Positions 50,945 to 64,000 of a DNA stretch of 64,000 nt are shown here, in pieces. The notes under the pieces were generated by a model. The model had not been told where the DNA came from. It made no database searches and saw nothing but the letters and a program-made list of their open reading frames with translations. A program made the position numbers and the translations under genes. Every line of letters starts with the position of its first letter. The first letter of the stretch is position 1. The stretch is from positions 27,394,213 through 27,458,212 of the forward strand of contig OZ234493.1 in NCBI GenBank assembly GCA_965153455.1, written 5' to 3'. This stretch comes from Sphagnum compactum (taxonomy: Eukaryota).

Positions 50945-53900
50945 TAGGGTATCAATAATCAGCTTGATAGTTGGGTTGATAATTAGGTCAAAATTCAATA
51001 ATTAACCAACATTAATAAACACCTTATAAGGAAAATGGTATGACCATCAAACTTTAATCATCTCAAAAGCTTATCATCCTTGATGTTGATTCCACTTAAA
51101 ATATGAATCAAAGAAAAATTAGGAAAGAATGGGCGCTTAAATGTCCAAGTGTTCCAAGATAGATGGGATATAAAGCTTCATTGGGTCAAAGCTACTATTG
51201 GTCCTAATGGTAAGTTGATCCATGTGAAATGATGAACTTATAGTGAAGTAAAAAAAAACGAGAAAAGTTATGCATGCATAAATTCAATGGTTTGTAAAAA
51301 CATGCAAGTCACTTCAAAGCAACAACTGTAAATCCAAGGTTGGTTGTTGGTTGGTACTATATGAGTTCCAACAATTGGCATGCAGAATGAGTGATATATT
51401 GTTGCATTTCATGATAAGCTTTTGTTGTTCAACAAGTTGCAAATGGTGATCGTGTAGAATAAAGGAGGATGTTCATGCAATTAATCACAAATTTCCACTT
51501 TTTCAAAGAAAGGTGACCTTTGATAGATTTCAAAGGTTGTAAAAGAAGTTCGATTTTCTTAAAATGCCAAACAACCCACACAAACATTGGTTTGACAACA
51601 TTGGTTGGAACATGGTTTAAGTCATGCATTTGTTTGTCCTTTGATCCACTTAGGTGGCAATTTAAAAGGCTTGAATCTTCTTCTTTTTTTGGCGATGAAT
51701 GATTACCATTGACAATTAGTTGTGGTTTCAATCCATGTGTATGTTGAAAGTTGAAAATGTATCCTCGTCCTTTTCACATTTTAGTGAATGGTTGAAGGCT
51801 CCAACACTAACAACTTGATGATGGATTCCCTATTCATGTATGGTGGTTTTAAAAGTTTGACTTGGTTTCAAAATTTATTTGTTTTCAAGTAGACTTGATG
51901 TGACAATGTGCTAAGGATTGAATATCGATGTTACCATCTAGTTGAAAGAAAAATATGCACTCTTCATTTGGATGTGCATTGTGTTGCACATTGAACAAAC
52001 TTGGCTATCTAAACTCTATTTTAGTTATCCCTTGTTGCAAAAATCAAATCATTCATATAATCAATTTACAACTATTATTCATAGAACCTTCAATAAACCT
52101 CTTTTTTTGGAGAAATCTAAATTGGCCAAATTCCTAAAGCAAAAGGTCCTTAAGATTCTATGAAATGTTAAAACACATTGGATTTCAATGTTGTCTTTGG
52201 GCAAACGAATCTTGATAAAATAGTTGTTGTTGGTTGTGCACATGTTTGATGAGTAAGTAACCAATGTAATGGCAAAAGCCCACTTGGAGCTTTTATTTAA
52301 TGTAAAAAAAAATTGGGAGTTAAATTGTATCTTACCAAACTTGCTTGAGTGCATGCAATATTTGTCACAATTTCGCATGTAAAGGATGAAAGGGTTAATT
52401 TGCTAACATGTGGATTTGCTTTAAATTTTAACATTTAAGCTTTTTCATTGAGCTTGTTTGGGACATGCATTTAAAATTTTTGTTAATATATACAATATTA
52501 TGATATGACAAAGTAGCTCGGGGATTCAATTATATGCATCTATCAAATTTTCTCATGGGTGTAATCACACTAACACATACACAAGCAATTGTAATCAATG
52601 TTTGGATTTGTGTATTTAATATTTTTAAAAAACTCCAAATGAAATTTCTTTTAAATAATTTTATTTTCAATGTATTAGTATATGTATTCGAAAAGTTTGA
52701 AATCAATATAATGAATGAAAATTACCCAAAATTGTTTTGAAAACACTGTAACCAATGATTTTGAGTAGTAAAAGGACTTGTAAATGGATTTGAATTTTTT
52801 TTGAAAATGACCTATTTATAGCAAATTGTTTATGTAAATCATAACATAATAATGTGATGAAATTTTTTCAAGATTTTTAAAAAAAAATTTGCTTAGAATA
52901 TTTCAAAAATATTTCATAATGAACCCTTAATAAGTAGTCACCAAAAGGAGCGGGTGTGGTTCATGATATGTTGTTTGCACCCTCACACCAACATTAAAGA
53001 ATGTACTACATAGTTTTTTAAAACTAGCAAAAGGAGGCAACCTTAGTAGAAAACATGCATAAATTATGAGTTGAGACCTAAAACATCGAACACACTTGTG
53101 AAGACCATATGATTTAGTTTTCACTTTTCTTATTATTAGATATTTTTTCTGCTTCTATGTTTTTTTCATGTGTTGTGTATTTTGTTTTTTCTACAAATGG
53201 ATGAAAATGTTTATAACTTTTTTTGTAGTTTTTGGTGTTGGGTTGGGCTTTTGTTTTGTAGGTTTGTTATTATATGTTTACCAGTTGGGTTTATTTTCTA
53301 AGATGCCTTGACTTCCATTTAGTGATTGCATTATGTTATTTAATGGCATTATAGAACTATGTACCATTTCCAAGCACTTGGGGCAATATGTGAGGTTATG
53401 GTCAAAATGTTGTCACCATAATAATTAGTTATGTGATGAATTAGAGTTATGGACATTGATTGCTTGGAGACACCTTGTAGTTTATCATTTCCACATGCTA
53501 TGAACTTCATGATGAACTTACACATTGAACTGTTTTTTACAATTTGCTTGATTTGGATGTAATTGCTTTTGATGCAAAATTGGAAGAGTTGTAAATTTGC
53601 ATTAAGTGTCAAGTCCAAAAAATGCTTCTACATTTCATTTTATTTTGGCATGGATTTGATAGAAAAAAGGTCATAAAATGTTGGCACTAATATATGTTAG
53701 ATCTTAAGTTTTAAAATATGTATTTAATTACATAATATGTAGGTGACAATAATATAACATGATTGATTTTTTAGTATGACTCACAATTATTATTACCTTT
53801 GTTGGTTGAATTTTACAAATCACCTAATGCCAATTGCAATTGAAAAGTCTTGAATGTTAGGTTTGCAAGTGGATTCCAAGGATTTGTTTCATACCACTAA

Positions 53901-55312
53901 AGCATATCTACACACTTGAAGTGTTTTATTCAAGAAAGCTTGATGAATTCCACCACTATTTCATTGACATGGATTGCAAATGTGTCTTGAGTTGGTGACG
54001 AACAAAATCACACATAATCCCAATTTTTACAAAGTCTATGAAACACATTTTGGGCATTTTAACTTCCCAATTTGAAATTGAAAGGTTTTTTTCCATTGTT
54101 GGAATCCTCATATCACTTTGAAAATGTCATATTCAAACTAAAAATCTTAACAAATTAATATATGTTAAGAAGCATTGGCCATTGGATCCATAGGTTGGCT
54201 ATTGCAAGCATTTTGATTTAGTAATTGCATGTGAAGCATAATTTAACTTGATAGAACTTGAGGCTAAATTTGATGATGGAGTGGAACATGACGAGTTTTT
54301 GAAAGCTATGTGATAACATTCATCTCCTTCACTACCCAACAAAGTTTTAAATGTGCCTTTGCATTTTATTAAGGGTTTATTTGTTTTTGTAAAAATATTT
54401 TTGTTTTTAAGGATTAAGGTTTAACTATGGAATGTGAAAATGCATTTACTAAGGTTGCATTATGTCTAATTTGTAAATGTTTGCAAGTTTTGTGAAAATT
54501 AGAATTTTGATGGTGATTTATTGCTTTGTACAAACCAATGAATTTTGGTTTTTTGTTTAGTGAAAATTGGAAACTTGATGGTGATTTGTAACTTCATGAA
54601 ACATTTTGTTTAAGTTGTGATATGCCCATGGTAGATGCAGTAGTTGATCATTTTTTCAATAGATGTAATTACTAGTGATGTTGATTAAGTTGTGATATGC
54701 CCATGGTAGATGTAGTAGTTGATCATTTTTTCAATAGATGTAATTCCTAGTGGTGTCGATGATGTGCTTGCTATTTACAATATACCATGAATGATACTTT
54801 TATGAGGTGACTTGAAAATAATGAGATGCATAAATGTTAAGGTTTCTAGGTAGAAAAGGAATCATATTTTGACAAATTGTCTTATTTTTATTTAGATCAT
54901 TTCATCTTTTCATTTTGCAAAAAAAAAAAACATTTTGCCTTTCGCGCTTTGAAGTTATTCTAAATTAACTTCAATAAAACTTCATGGAGCATGGCACTCT
55001 ACATTATTTTAGTGATCTAGTCATTATTGTGCAAGTGACTATTTTTTTCCACACAATGTTCATCTTTGTTCAATGCTACCATGTAAATGTTTTTATAAAC
55101 TTCTATTTCATTTGGTTTCCAATTCAAAGAATTGAAAACTTCTAATTAAGATTGGGTATTTGGTGAGAAACCAAATGATAAACTTCAAAGAGCTAAGAAT
55201 GTTGATGAGGTGTTTAGTAGAAACTTGGGTGATAGCCAGGGTATTTGTCAAAGAACCTCACAAATACCCACTTAAAAAATAATACAATTCTCGCCCCGTT
55301 ATCAATACCCTC
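50945..55312 (+). mobile_element. Decayed hAT-superfamily DNA transposon
   Basis: Remnants include LKIL*NVKTHWISMLS (~52150-52200) and the hATC dimerisation motif HILGILTSQFEIERFFSIVGILISL*KCHIQTKNLNKLIYVKKHWPLDP (~54045-54190). Candidate termini TAGGGTATCAATAA (50945) and TTATCAATACCCTC (ending 55312). No TSD recovered, so the ends are tentative. Confidence 0.75.
54610..54759. repeat. 75-bp tandem duplication x2
   Basis: TTAAGTTGTGATATGCCCATGGTAGATG.AGTAGTTGATCATTTTTTCAATAGATGTAATT at 54610 and 54685. Confidence 0.92.
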
Positions 55313-55494
55313 AATATATATATATATAGAAACACCCAACCCCAGGTGGGTTCTCTAACTAGATTTTTTTTTAAAAAAAAACCCAGACCCTAGGGGTATT
55401 AAAAAAATCAAATACCCGCCCTACAGTGGTAATAAGTCAGTCCCCAGGCTCGGTCCCCAGCCCTAAAAGCAAGGGTCTGGATTCTGGAATCACT

Positions 55495-55825
55495 ATGGCC
55501 ATTTACATTAAAATAAGTATCTTAATGAAAAAGAAGAATTATGGAAACTCAAATATTTCACCATACAAAAATATAATCTTCCAAAATCCTCTAAAAGAAA
55601 CCCAAAATCTTCAAGATATTATTATAACTCTATAATAATTAATCTCAAGTTTCAACACAAGCCAAGATATTTATGTTTCAAAAATCCTCATTTAAAAAAA
55701 AAAAGACCTATTATTATTATTACCTAGGGGCCAAAATCCCTTAAGCTACTATACTTTATAATTAAGCTAAACCCAATAACCCTAAACCCCTAAAACCCTA
55801 AACCCTACCAAGGCCAAGGCCAATG
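55495..55825. repeat. ~300-bp dispersed element, copy 3 (inverted), just upstream of the SRRP1-like gene
   Basis: Reverse complement of blocks at 23450-23765 and 49387-49665, e.g. AGAATTATGGAAACTCAAATATTTCACCAT and TAAGCTACTATACT. Confidence 0.85.
55778..55807 (+). promoter_or_regulatory. Telo-box cluster (AAACCCTA-like)
   Basis: AACCCTAAACCCCTAAAACCCTAAACCCTA about 250 bp upstream of the ATG at 56050. Telo-boxes are established promoter elements of plant translation-related genes. Confidence 0.55.
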
Positions 55826-56049
55826 CAATTGTGGACGTGCCTATAACCACCACCACTGACAAGTCCTTCCCTCATCTGTTCCTAGTGGGAGTCGATCCCC
55901 AGACCTGTTTGCTATCGTCATCTTGTTCCTTCTTCCTGTTTCCTCTTCTTCTCTTCTCTCCCACACAAACGCGCAGCGCTCGCTGCACTGCAACAACAAC
56001 AACAACAACAGGAGCTTTGCGTGAGCATTGCAAACCAACGAGAATCATC

Positions 56050-59000
56050 ATGTGGGCAAGCAACGTATCCTCTGCTTGTGGCACGGACTTCATACTACTG
56101 CGCTTTTCCAATTGCGACTTGTTTTCACACCATGCTTCTTCTTCTTCGCGCAACAGCAGCAGTAGTACTGTTTCCCTCCTTCCCTCGGCTTTATGTTTCC
56201 CCAGCGAGGCTGCACCAGCTTCTGCAAGCTCGTCTACTGGTGGTGGTGGTGGTGGTGGTGGCCGGGGAGTTTTACGGGTGTGTGGTAAGAGAGGAAAGTG
56301 TCTAGTCGTAGGAAATAGGCGGCCTCACAGGATGCTAGATTACGGAGGAGGGACAGGGGAGTTTCGTGTTTTTGCTACTGCGGACGTAGAGAAAAGTGAT
56401 GCCGTTGTGCAGCCAAAGCTGGAGTCTGTGGAAGTGAAAGAGGCTGTGAAGTTGGATAGGGTAAGTAATGAACAAACTCTTTTTTCTCTACCTTTTTTTG
56501 GTTGCCGCTGCATTTTCGTATTTGTGCGGTTTTTGTTTTTTCTTTGAATTGTTGCAATTTTGTGCGTGAAATTTGCAATGCGAGAAGAAGAATTTGTACT
56601 GATGAATCATCGTCATTCATAAGGCCAGTCTTGCATCTCTGGAAAATCCAGAAATGTGACAGACATGACGCCCTTGGCTCTTATTGTCCAAGGGTTTTGG
56701 CTTTGGAATTTTTGTGGCAGTAGTAGTGGCGACCGGTTACAGTTGCATTACATGTATGTCATGGAGTGCACTCCATTCTCAGACAGACAGAATTGAATCA
56801 GCTGCAGGCATGAGATTCACCACTGAGGATTTAGAATTAGGTGGAGAATTAGAGTTAAGCCCTGTAGAGCCAAGAGATGACAGGAGGAAACTGGTTCTGT
56901 CTGAAAAGTTTTGATCTGAATCTCAAACTGCAACTGTATGATGTGAAACTTCTCAGAGATCAAATTCCATGGTGGCTATGGTGTGCCTATGTTGCTCCTA
57001 TGTTTCAGTCACAGCTGGTAACGCACCAAGATGTGGTGTGCAATCTGTTATCACTGCTGTACATAGATGATGAGAGAGCTGCAATGACTGCATGTGAAAA
57101 TCCTGATTTCTTCACCTGCAATTTACATCAGCCATTGTTGTCATCATGTCTTGCAAAGTTGTATTAGTAACTGGAGCTGAGATATAGTTGATAAATTGCA
57201 TTAAAGAAAGCTGCAGACTGGAAGAAGGCAGAGAAGGTAATGGAGAGTGGAGCTATACATAAAGGCCGTATTGATGCATGCAACAGTGGTGGTTTATTAG
57301 TCCGATTTGGCTCCCTTCAAGGCTTCCTACCTTTCTCCCAGATGACAGTAGCTCGACTGCCCAAAGGTGTGATCTCATTTCCTGTCCTCTTTTCTCACCA
57401 GGTGATTGATTCTGTGTGGCAGCTATTTGGAAGTATAGATGAATATTGAAGTTGTCCAAATTGTTGGATTCAGGAATGTGACTGCTTTTGATGCTATTCC
57501 TCTATGCAATTGGTAATGTGGGGTTCAGTTTTTTGTAAGAAAAGTCTATTGGATCTGTCTGGTCAGTGCCAGAGTACTCTGACATGCTTCTTGGGTTTTG
57601 GGAAGGGTTCCATGTGCCAAGCTTTCATGCTTGCCAGTTTCTGGCCATCTCTACACTCTGCTATTTTTGCAGTATTGGTAGTACTTTAACAATTGCATGT
57701 TATGCAGATGGGAGTAAGACACTTGCTGAGGTTGCGAAGGAATTAGTAGGGGAGCTGATTTTTGTTAAGGTAATTATGTGGAGCCTTATGTTTCCAGAAA
57801 AAAATTGCTTTGATTTTACAGCAATGATTTGCTCAGGGGTTTTTTTTCAAAATTTCTGGAGTATATTGTGGAGGTGTCATTCCTAGAGAATCATTAGGTT
57901 TCCCCCACATGGTAGCACATCTATATGTATATCTTGTCAGAATGACCTTTAAAGGGTAATTGGGCAACATGAGTCCTCAAGGAACTGAAGGGCTTTTACT
58001 GATCAACGGGGCAAACTGGTGAGTCCTGAAGTCATCAGTTTCTATATCCTCCATTTAGTCATGATAATTTTGCGGTGGCCTGTGAAGCAGATAATAGAAG
58101 TGAATGAAGAAGAACGGCGACTGATATTTTCAGAAAAACAGGCGTCTTTGATAGAAAGTTTGCGCCAAATACAAGTTGGCTCTATTTTTGATGGCAAGGT
58201 GAATTCTGTGGCCGATTTTGGAGCCTTTGTTGACCTTCAGTTACCAGATGGTAAGTTTTTAATTTACCCCTTTCACTTGCACATCTGCGTCCCATGAATT
58301 GTACTTTGCCCCACTCCTCCATGTCTCCTCCTTCTCTTAATTTTGAGAAAAAGATAAGGTGCAAATCTGGGTCCTCTTTCTACCAATAATGCGCACAGGT
58401 TTTTGTCCCTGGACTTGTGTACCCAAACTGATTGAATTCATGTGATTAGGCTTGAAGAATTTCTCGTCTGAACTTCCAAGTTGCTCTAATGAGCAGGATA
58501 GAAGTCTTTATAGTCAGAAGGACATTCCTATTCTGGTGCAGACTAGGGTTCAAACACTAGGTAGCAAATACCTGTCTAAAGTCAACAACTCTAGGATGGA
58601 GAAGGATTTACTTTAGATTTCATGCCCATTAGAAATGCTGCAGTAAATGTACTTTGAGAAAAGACAAGGTCTATCTGGTATTACAGTATACAAGGGCTTT
58701 GCTTTGCTAGTTGTATTGCAGTTGTAAATTCTGGGGTTGTAAGACATATGATATCCTTTGATACCTTTGAGACATATTTTCATCCTTCAAGTTCTACAAA
58801 AGGTGTTAGAAGGCAGGATATCTGATGGAGAGTGGCAGGTTCATATCCTGTAAGTGGGTTGATTCACGTGTCGGAGCTCTCTTGGGATCCTGTTCGCAAC
58901 CCTCGGGATCTTTTGGAGGAAGGGCAGATGGTGCGTGTGAAAGTTATTCAAGTTGACCTGTAAGTTTAGACATGTGCTCCCTTTTTACATACAGTATATT

Positions 59001-60802
59001 ATTAGCAAACAATGGTGCTTTCTTCAATATCCTCAAGACAAAGCTTGTTTGTCTTTGAACATTAAGCTAGCTAGGTGGTTTAAGGACTTTGCAAGATGTG
59101 AATGATAAAAGGGTATCATTGGCTCACACAGGGACAGAATGCGGCTTGCACTTTCTATGAAGCAGCTTCAGGCTGACCCTCTTCTGGAGACTCTTGACAC
59201 ACTTATGCCAGTAGAAGCTCAAGTATATTATCCTGTCAACTATTTCACAAGTCCTTGCACTGAGGGAAGAATATAATGTGGAATGCATTGTTATCTGATA
59301 AGTAGCTCTTGTGCTTTTGACCTTATTGAAAGCTAGCCTGTGGGTGACAATCTTGAGATGTGTTTTGAGTGAGAATACCCTCTTAGTAATGAGTGTAAAC
59401 ATGGAATTTGTTGAAGCAGAATACTGATGTTTGTGTTTCTTGAAACTCCTTGAAGGAAGGCACGCTGAGTACAGATTCAGTAGTTCTTGATGCTGAGCTC
59501 CTAGCAACAGCATTGCCAGGCTTGGAGCAGATCTGTGCTGAAATGTTGCAGGAAGAAGGGTATAATTTCGTTAGCTTATTGAAAAACTTGTGTGCAGTAG
59601 ATTTCAAAGTTAAGCTTTTGGTCTTCCTGTGCAGTGAGATGGTGCATAAGAGGAATGGTTAAGGGACTCAGACAGTAGACAACCATTTATTTCTGCCAAA
59701 CAGTGACTCCAGTGAGGGCTAACTTGGTTGATTTGAGAACTTTCAACTTGGTTTGTTCCCAAGTGCACTGAAATACGAGCACTTTTGTGCCAACAAACCT
59801 AACTAATGAAAGCTTCCTTTGTACTCAAGTAGTACTGTGTTTCAGCAGTCCTGACATACACTTGCTTCACCTGTTTTTGTTACAACTTTAGAATCAAGGG
59901 CATTACCCTAGGAAGGCAAAAATTGGAGCAGCGGGCTGTGTCTCAAGACTTGGAGCTATGGCTGTCTAATGTGAGTTTGATACCAAATTCTCCATGTTAG
60001 TATTGGGTACACATGAATTTTAATTGCTTCAACATTAGTCAGTAATTACTGTGACCATTCATAGAACCATTAGGCAAGCTGCCTTTTTGGTTTGCTGCCA
60101 ACATGGGGTCTCTAGGTCCCAAAATTTCTGAAAGAAATGAGCTCTGGGAATGCCTTGCCTGGCATGTTTTACTTGAATGTTCTGGTCATGAGATTTATTG
60201 CCGAAAGAGGTATGATGCATGACATTCTGGCTTTGATTTCTGACAGGAGCCTGTTGAGGATGGCAAGTTCAGTTTGTTGGCACGGGCAGGAAGACAGGTA
60301 ATCTCATAATTGTCACTAAAGTGATGAATTCAGCACATGAACAACTGTGGGCTGTTCTTCTGGACTTCTCCTGCATTTCTTATCCCCATTATTGAGTTCT
60401 GGAATGTAGACTTGTGATGCCATCCTAGTTTGTGCTTTTGTGGGGAAGAATGTCTTTTGGGAGAGCACAAAGTAGCTCAAACATCAACCAGGAGGAGTTG
60501 GGAGCAGAACAATAATGCATTATCCATGTGATCATACCAGAGTTTCATCACCGTAGAGCACTTAAGCAAGAAACTCTGGTGATGAAAGATAGTATCGGAA
60601 GTCTTCTAGTATCAGAACAGCAGTCAGGGGACTTCTGATAGTATCTCTTCTATTATGCTTGTCTTTGAAGAGTGGGGGTATTCTCTGACATGGTTGCAAC
60701 ATGTTTTGCTCATTGCAGGTACAAGAGGTGCAGCTTAACACTGAACTTGACAGAGAAGGAATCAAGGCTGCTGTTCTACGAGTGACAGGGAGGGTGCCAT
60801 GA
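56050..60802 (+). CDS. SRRP1: Chloroplast S1 RNA-binding domain protein (SRRP1 / At3g23700-like); exons 56050-56460, 56783-56893 (tentative), 57207-57366, 57708-57769, 58091-58250, 58839-58959, 59132-59222, 59456-59559, 59892-59970, 60247-60297, 60719-60802
   Basis: Ser/Gly-rich transit-peptide-like N-terminus. S1 motifs DWKKA..NSGGLLVRFGSLQGFLPFSQM, RRLIFSEK, GKVNSVADFGAFVDL, GLIHVSELSWD and LALSMKQLQADPLLETLD; C-terminal LPGLEQI, VSQDLELWLSN, FSLLARAGRQVQEV and RVP-stop. Intron phases are consistent. Boundaries of exons 2, 3 (5') and 7 (3') are uncertain. Confidence 0.85.
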
Positions 60803-62119
60803 GCAATCTTGGATGCAAATACCCACAAATTTGAGGTAGTTTGTATTTCTGGAGTGACAGTATCAATGACTGTTTTGTGCCTTCAATCAGAGAGAGGGTT
60901 AATTCACTGCTGTTCAATCAACCAAGCAGTTGCCCACTCATTTTAATGTGAACCTTCTTCCTTGCAACTTCACTTTGCTGTTGGATGCCTTGCATATACA
61001 ACAGCCAGAGGAATTTGAAGTCTTTGGTGGGAACTTTGGGCACTGTATCCTTGGCAAGATCATGGTAGCCTAGTGGTGCTGGTGTGCCAGAGGGGTCCAG
61101 ATACTGGTTTGCAGTGTTGGGCCCTTTTTCTGATGAATTTCTCCTTATTGCTGAAAAAGGAATGGAGACATTTTGCATGTCCACACAAATAATCAATTGA
61201 AATTTGGGGACTGCAAAGCAGTTTTGCCCCATATTTTGGATGACCTGATCAAGGCTCACATGCATATGGTCTTTTAATTGTGGTATCATTTCAGATTTGC
61301 TGACATATTATACTAGTCTTTTCTTCAGGGAGGAAGTCCATCTGTTCCTTTCCCCTAACCCTAATGTGTCAATCTCTGATAGTTGAAATATCCCATCAAG
61401 TGTTCAACTACTCTAAATTGTACAACTAATCTAGGCTAGTACAGCTTCTTTACTTTAGGGGTACTATTTGTGACTTTCATGCTGTCAAATTGTTGACAGT
61501 GAAGAAAGTGCTGTCACTGCAAGCATTTAGTAGAACGTAGAATGTGCAGTACAGTGGTGACCCAAAATGCAAGGAGATTATTTACATTGTGCGCTGACTT
61601 TGTCCTAGAATCTCTGGAAATTGTCATGGTGAGGGATGGGATGCAACTGCTGGTGGGTGAGCCATGAGTGAAGCCCACAAACCGGAGAATCTAGCAAACC
61701 ATATTCAAATTTGTGTTACTGCAATCTCTCTAATTTTTGGATTGTTGTGTGATCACTGCAGCTACAGTTTGTGCAACTATGTGCCATGCCCTAATAGATG
61801 CAGATAATTAGCCTTGAGTGTTTGCATCCTCCTTGATTTTTGCACAAATTTGGTTTGACAAATGCCTGGAAGACTGGTACTTGTTTCTGGACATGTGCAC
61901 AATTATCGGCTTTATGCAACTAGGTTATAAGTAGCTGACACTTAATTTCACTCTGCAAATTGTGTGGTAAGCCAATGCTTGCACACAGGAGAAACTCCAG
62001 TGAAGCAAAATACATTGGACAACTAGAGGCGGGAGTAACACCATCCCATGAATTCTACCATTTCAGCAATTTTGTCAGCTGCCTCTTAATGGCACTGCTT
62101 ACTGCCTGTTGTTCCAACC

Positions 62120-63956
62120 TCATGGGACTTTGTGCTTAGCAAGTATGTTGCTGCTGTTCATCACATATTTCTCAATGGACTTAATGTGGCAATCTGCTCG
62201 CTCCCCTTTCTTTGACAACCATTCTGGGTGATCCATCTCAATGAGACTCAGGGGATTCCTCTCATCAATTAGCAGCATTGGGGGAGCCATGACTTCTGTA
62301 TACATTGTCATAATCTGATCCACCTACATGAATTATGTGGGCCTCTACGAATTACCTGGGCCTCTACTATTGTCTACCACATTCAAAATGGAGTGCAAGT
62401 TATTTCTCCATCCCCACTTGGAAACATGAAATCTTGGAGAGTGTAGAGTGAGGATGAGTTAAATGCCATCATGTAAACCAATCATTAAGCCATGTGACAA
62501 TGTGCAACATGCTAGACATGATCCATGAACATTATTAACCTTCCTATCAAAAGACGATATGAACTTTATTGCAAACAAGTGTAGGAGAAGGGTTTATCAA
62601 CAGACCTTTTTCTTACGTAAAGTGTTAGTGTGAGAGTGACATTGTGCAGGGACAACGTTGCAATGACAAGAACAGTGAGGAAGGACATATTGGTGAGTGG
62701 AAGTTACTCTAATAAGTTGGAGAGTACCTTCCAAACTGCGTAAGTTACTATTCTTAGAACATCAATGCAGTGTTAGCAAACAAGATTTCTTCAACCTGAT
62801 GAAGGATCAAAATATACAAAATAAAATAAAATGTGATGATGCTTTTACAATTTAGAGGATGCCTAAATGGCTACCCACTTAGCAACACTTGATCTTGAGT
62901 GTTCTTCTAGGTGTTCACCCATCAAGGAGTGGTTGGTGATGGGTGATTCTACCCTAGTCACCTCTCAGACCATTAACATTCATTGCATGAACATATGCAA
63001 TACCAGACCTTTCAAGGCATGGTGAACGCATATAACTACTATGTTGACATTTTCCATTACGTGGTGATCCAGTAATCTGCATGTTATAATATAAAAACAT
63101 CTCCGTTGGAATTCAAGAACCGTTGGTTCTGGCTATTTCAAAAACTGTAAAGAATTGCTAGGTTTCATTAAAAGAACCAAGGAAGAACCAAACAGCTTTT
63201 TGGGTGATTATTTTACATTTTCACAAACTCTGAAAATCATGATGTATAGATATCAGAACCGGTTATCTGATTTTTTTTATAACCATGATTGTATAACAAA
63301 TTTAAGTATTTGAATTTCTTGGAACTGTGATTACGGATCCTAAGAACCTCCCTGATACCCAACAGGGGGTTTGGTGTAATTTTTAATAACCGCCCCCACA
63401 CTGAGACTAACCACCTACATGCATCTGCTCACCTAGTAGCCACATATTATCTACCTCAGCACCTACTACACATACCTATTCAGGTTACCCAAGGTGGAAG
63501 GATTCATCCATGTCTGAGTCATAATAGGTCAGTTTGTGACCCCTGGTTCATACCATAAGTAGTTCAGCCCTGTATTCCTTCCCTTTCTCTTCTGAACTGG
63601 TGCTTTTTCCTTAGTCAAGGAACAAAATCAAAGGACCCATGTCCAAGAGGACAAATGAACCACCTAAGAGGGCAAACTACAAGGGGAACATCAAGTTCCC
63701 GAACCCCCTCTTGTCGTGAGAAGCATATCAAATAAGGAAAGGGGAAAATTGATTTTGTTTTCTGTAAATTGAAGAAGAAGAAGAAGCTACATACATACAC
63801 ACATTCCCTTGGGTCCTTTGATGACACCCAAATGCTAAAAGTAGCTTGGAGCTTTTGGTGAAAAATAGGTGATCTTCAACTACAACCCTGGCATCATGGA
63901 GCCTCATGTGGTTTAGACCTATAATTGTTTTTACAGCAGATTCCAGATTGCAGAGT
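62120..63956 (-). pseudogene. Degraded multi-exon gene of unassigned family, probably continuing beyond the window end
   Basis: AG-bounded exon-like blocks start at 63956 (LCNLESAVKTIIGLNHMRLHDARVVVEDHLFF), 63076 (ITGSPRNGKCQHSSYMRSPCLERSGIAYVHAMNVNGLRGD*GRITHHQPLLDG*), 62795-62606 (VEEILFANTALMF* ... FGRYSPTY*, frameshifted) and 62323-62120 (VDQIMTMYTEVMAPPMLLIDERNPLSLIEMDHPEWLSKKG..., open). Internal stops and frameshifts; a repeat sits at 63618-63741. Confidence 0.55.
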
Positions 63957-64000
63957 CTGCAACAAATTTTCCATGCACAATAATATAATCACACCATGTT

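Noticed and set aside
1-64000. tRNA, rRNA or other structured RNA genes
   Set aside because: None recognised by eye; tRNAscan-SE or Infernal would be needed to exclude small ncRNAs.

Overview
Eukaryotic, AT-rich, intron-containing land-plant nuclear DNA. Gene content and repeat style suggest a bryophyte, probably a Sphagnum-like moss; this is inference, not proven. Five intact protein-coding genes can be built with GT-AG introns: (1) a 4-exon inward-rectifier (Kir/KirBac-fold) channel-like gene, 15520-17453 (+), whose selectivity filter reads TFGGT instead of TxGYG; (2) an intronless receptor-like cytoplasmic pseudokinase of the At3g51990/CRINKLY4-related type, 38622-40211 (+), whose 3' end runs into a ~52-bp minisatellite; (3) nucleoporin NDC1, 42284-45153 (-); (4) an Expp1-like secreted Cys-rich protein, 47466-49001 (-); (5) a chloroplast S1-domain RNA-binding protein (SRRP1-like), 56050-60802 (+). 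A degraded multi-exon gene lies at 62120-63956 (-). Intergenic DNA holds decayed transposons (Helitron-like, Ty3/gypsy with PHD finger, pogo, hAT) and a 3.44-kb long-TIR element with a perfect 10-bp TSD whose empty site is preserved elsewhere in the window. There are also several minisatellites and a ~300-bp element sitting mirror-symmetrically upstream of two divergent genes. The most notable item is the KirBac-like channel with a non-canonical filter. All homology calls come from motif recognition by eye, not from searches.
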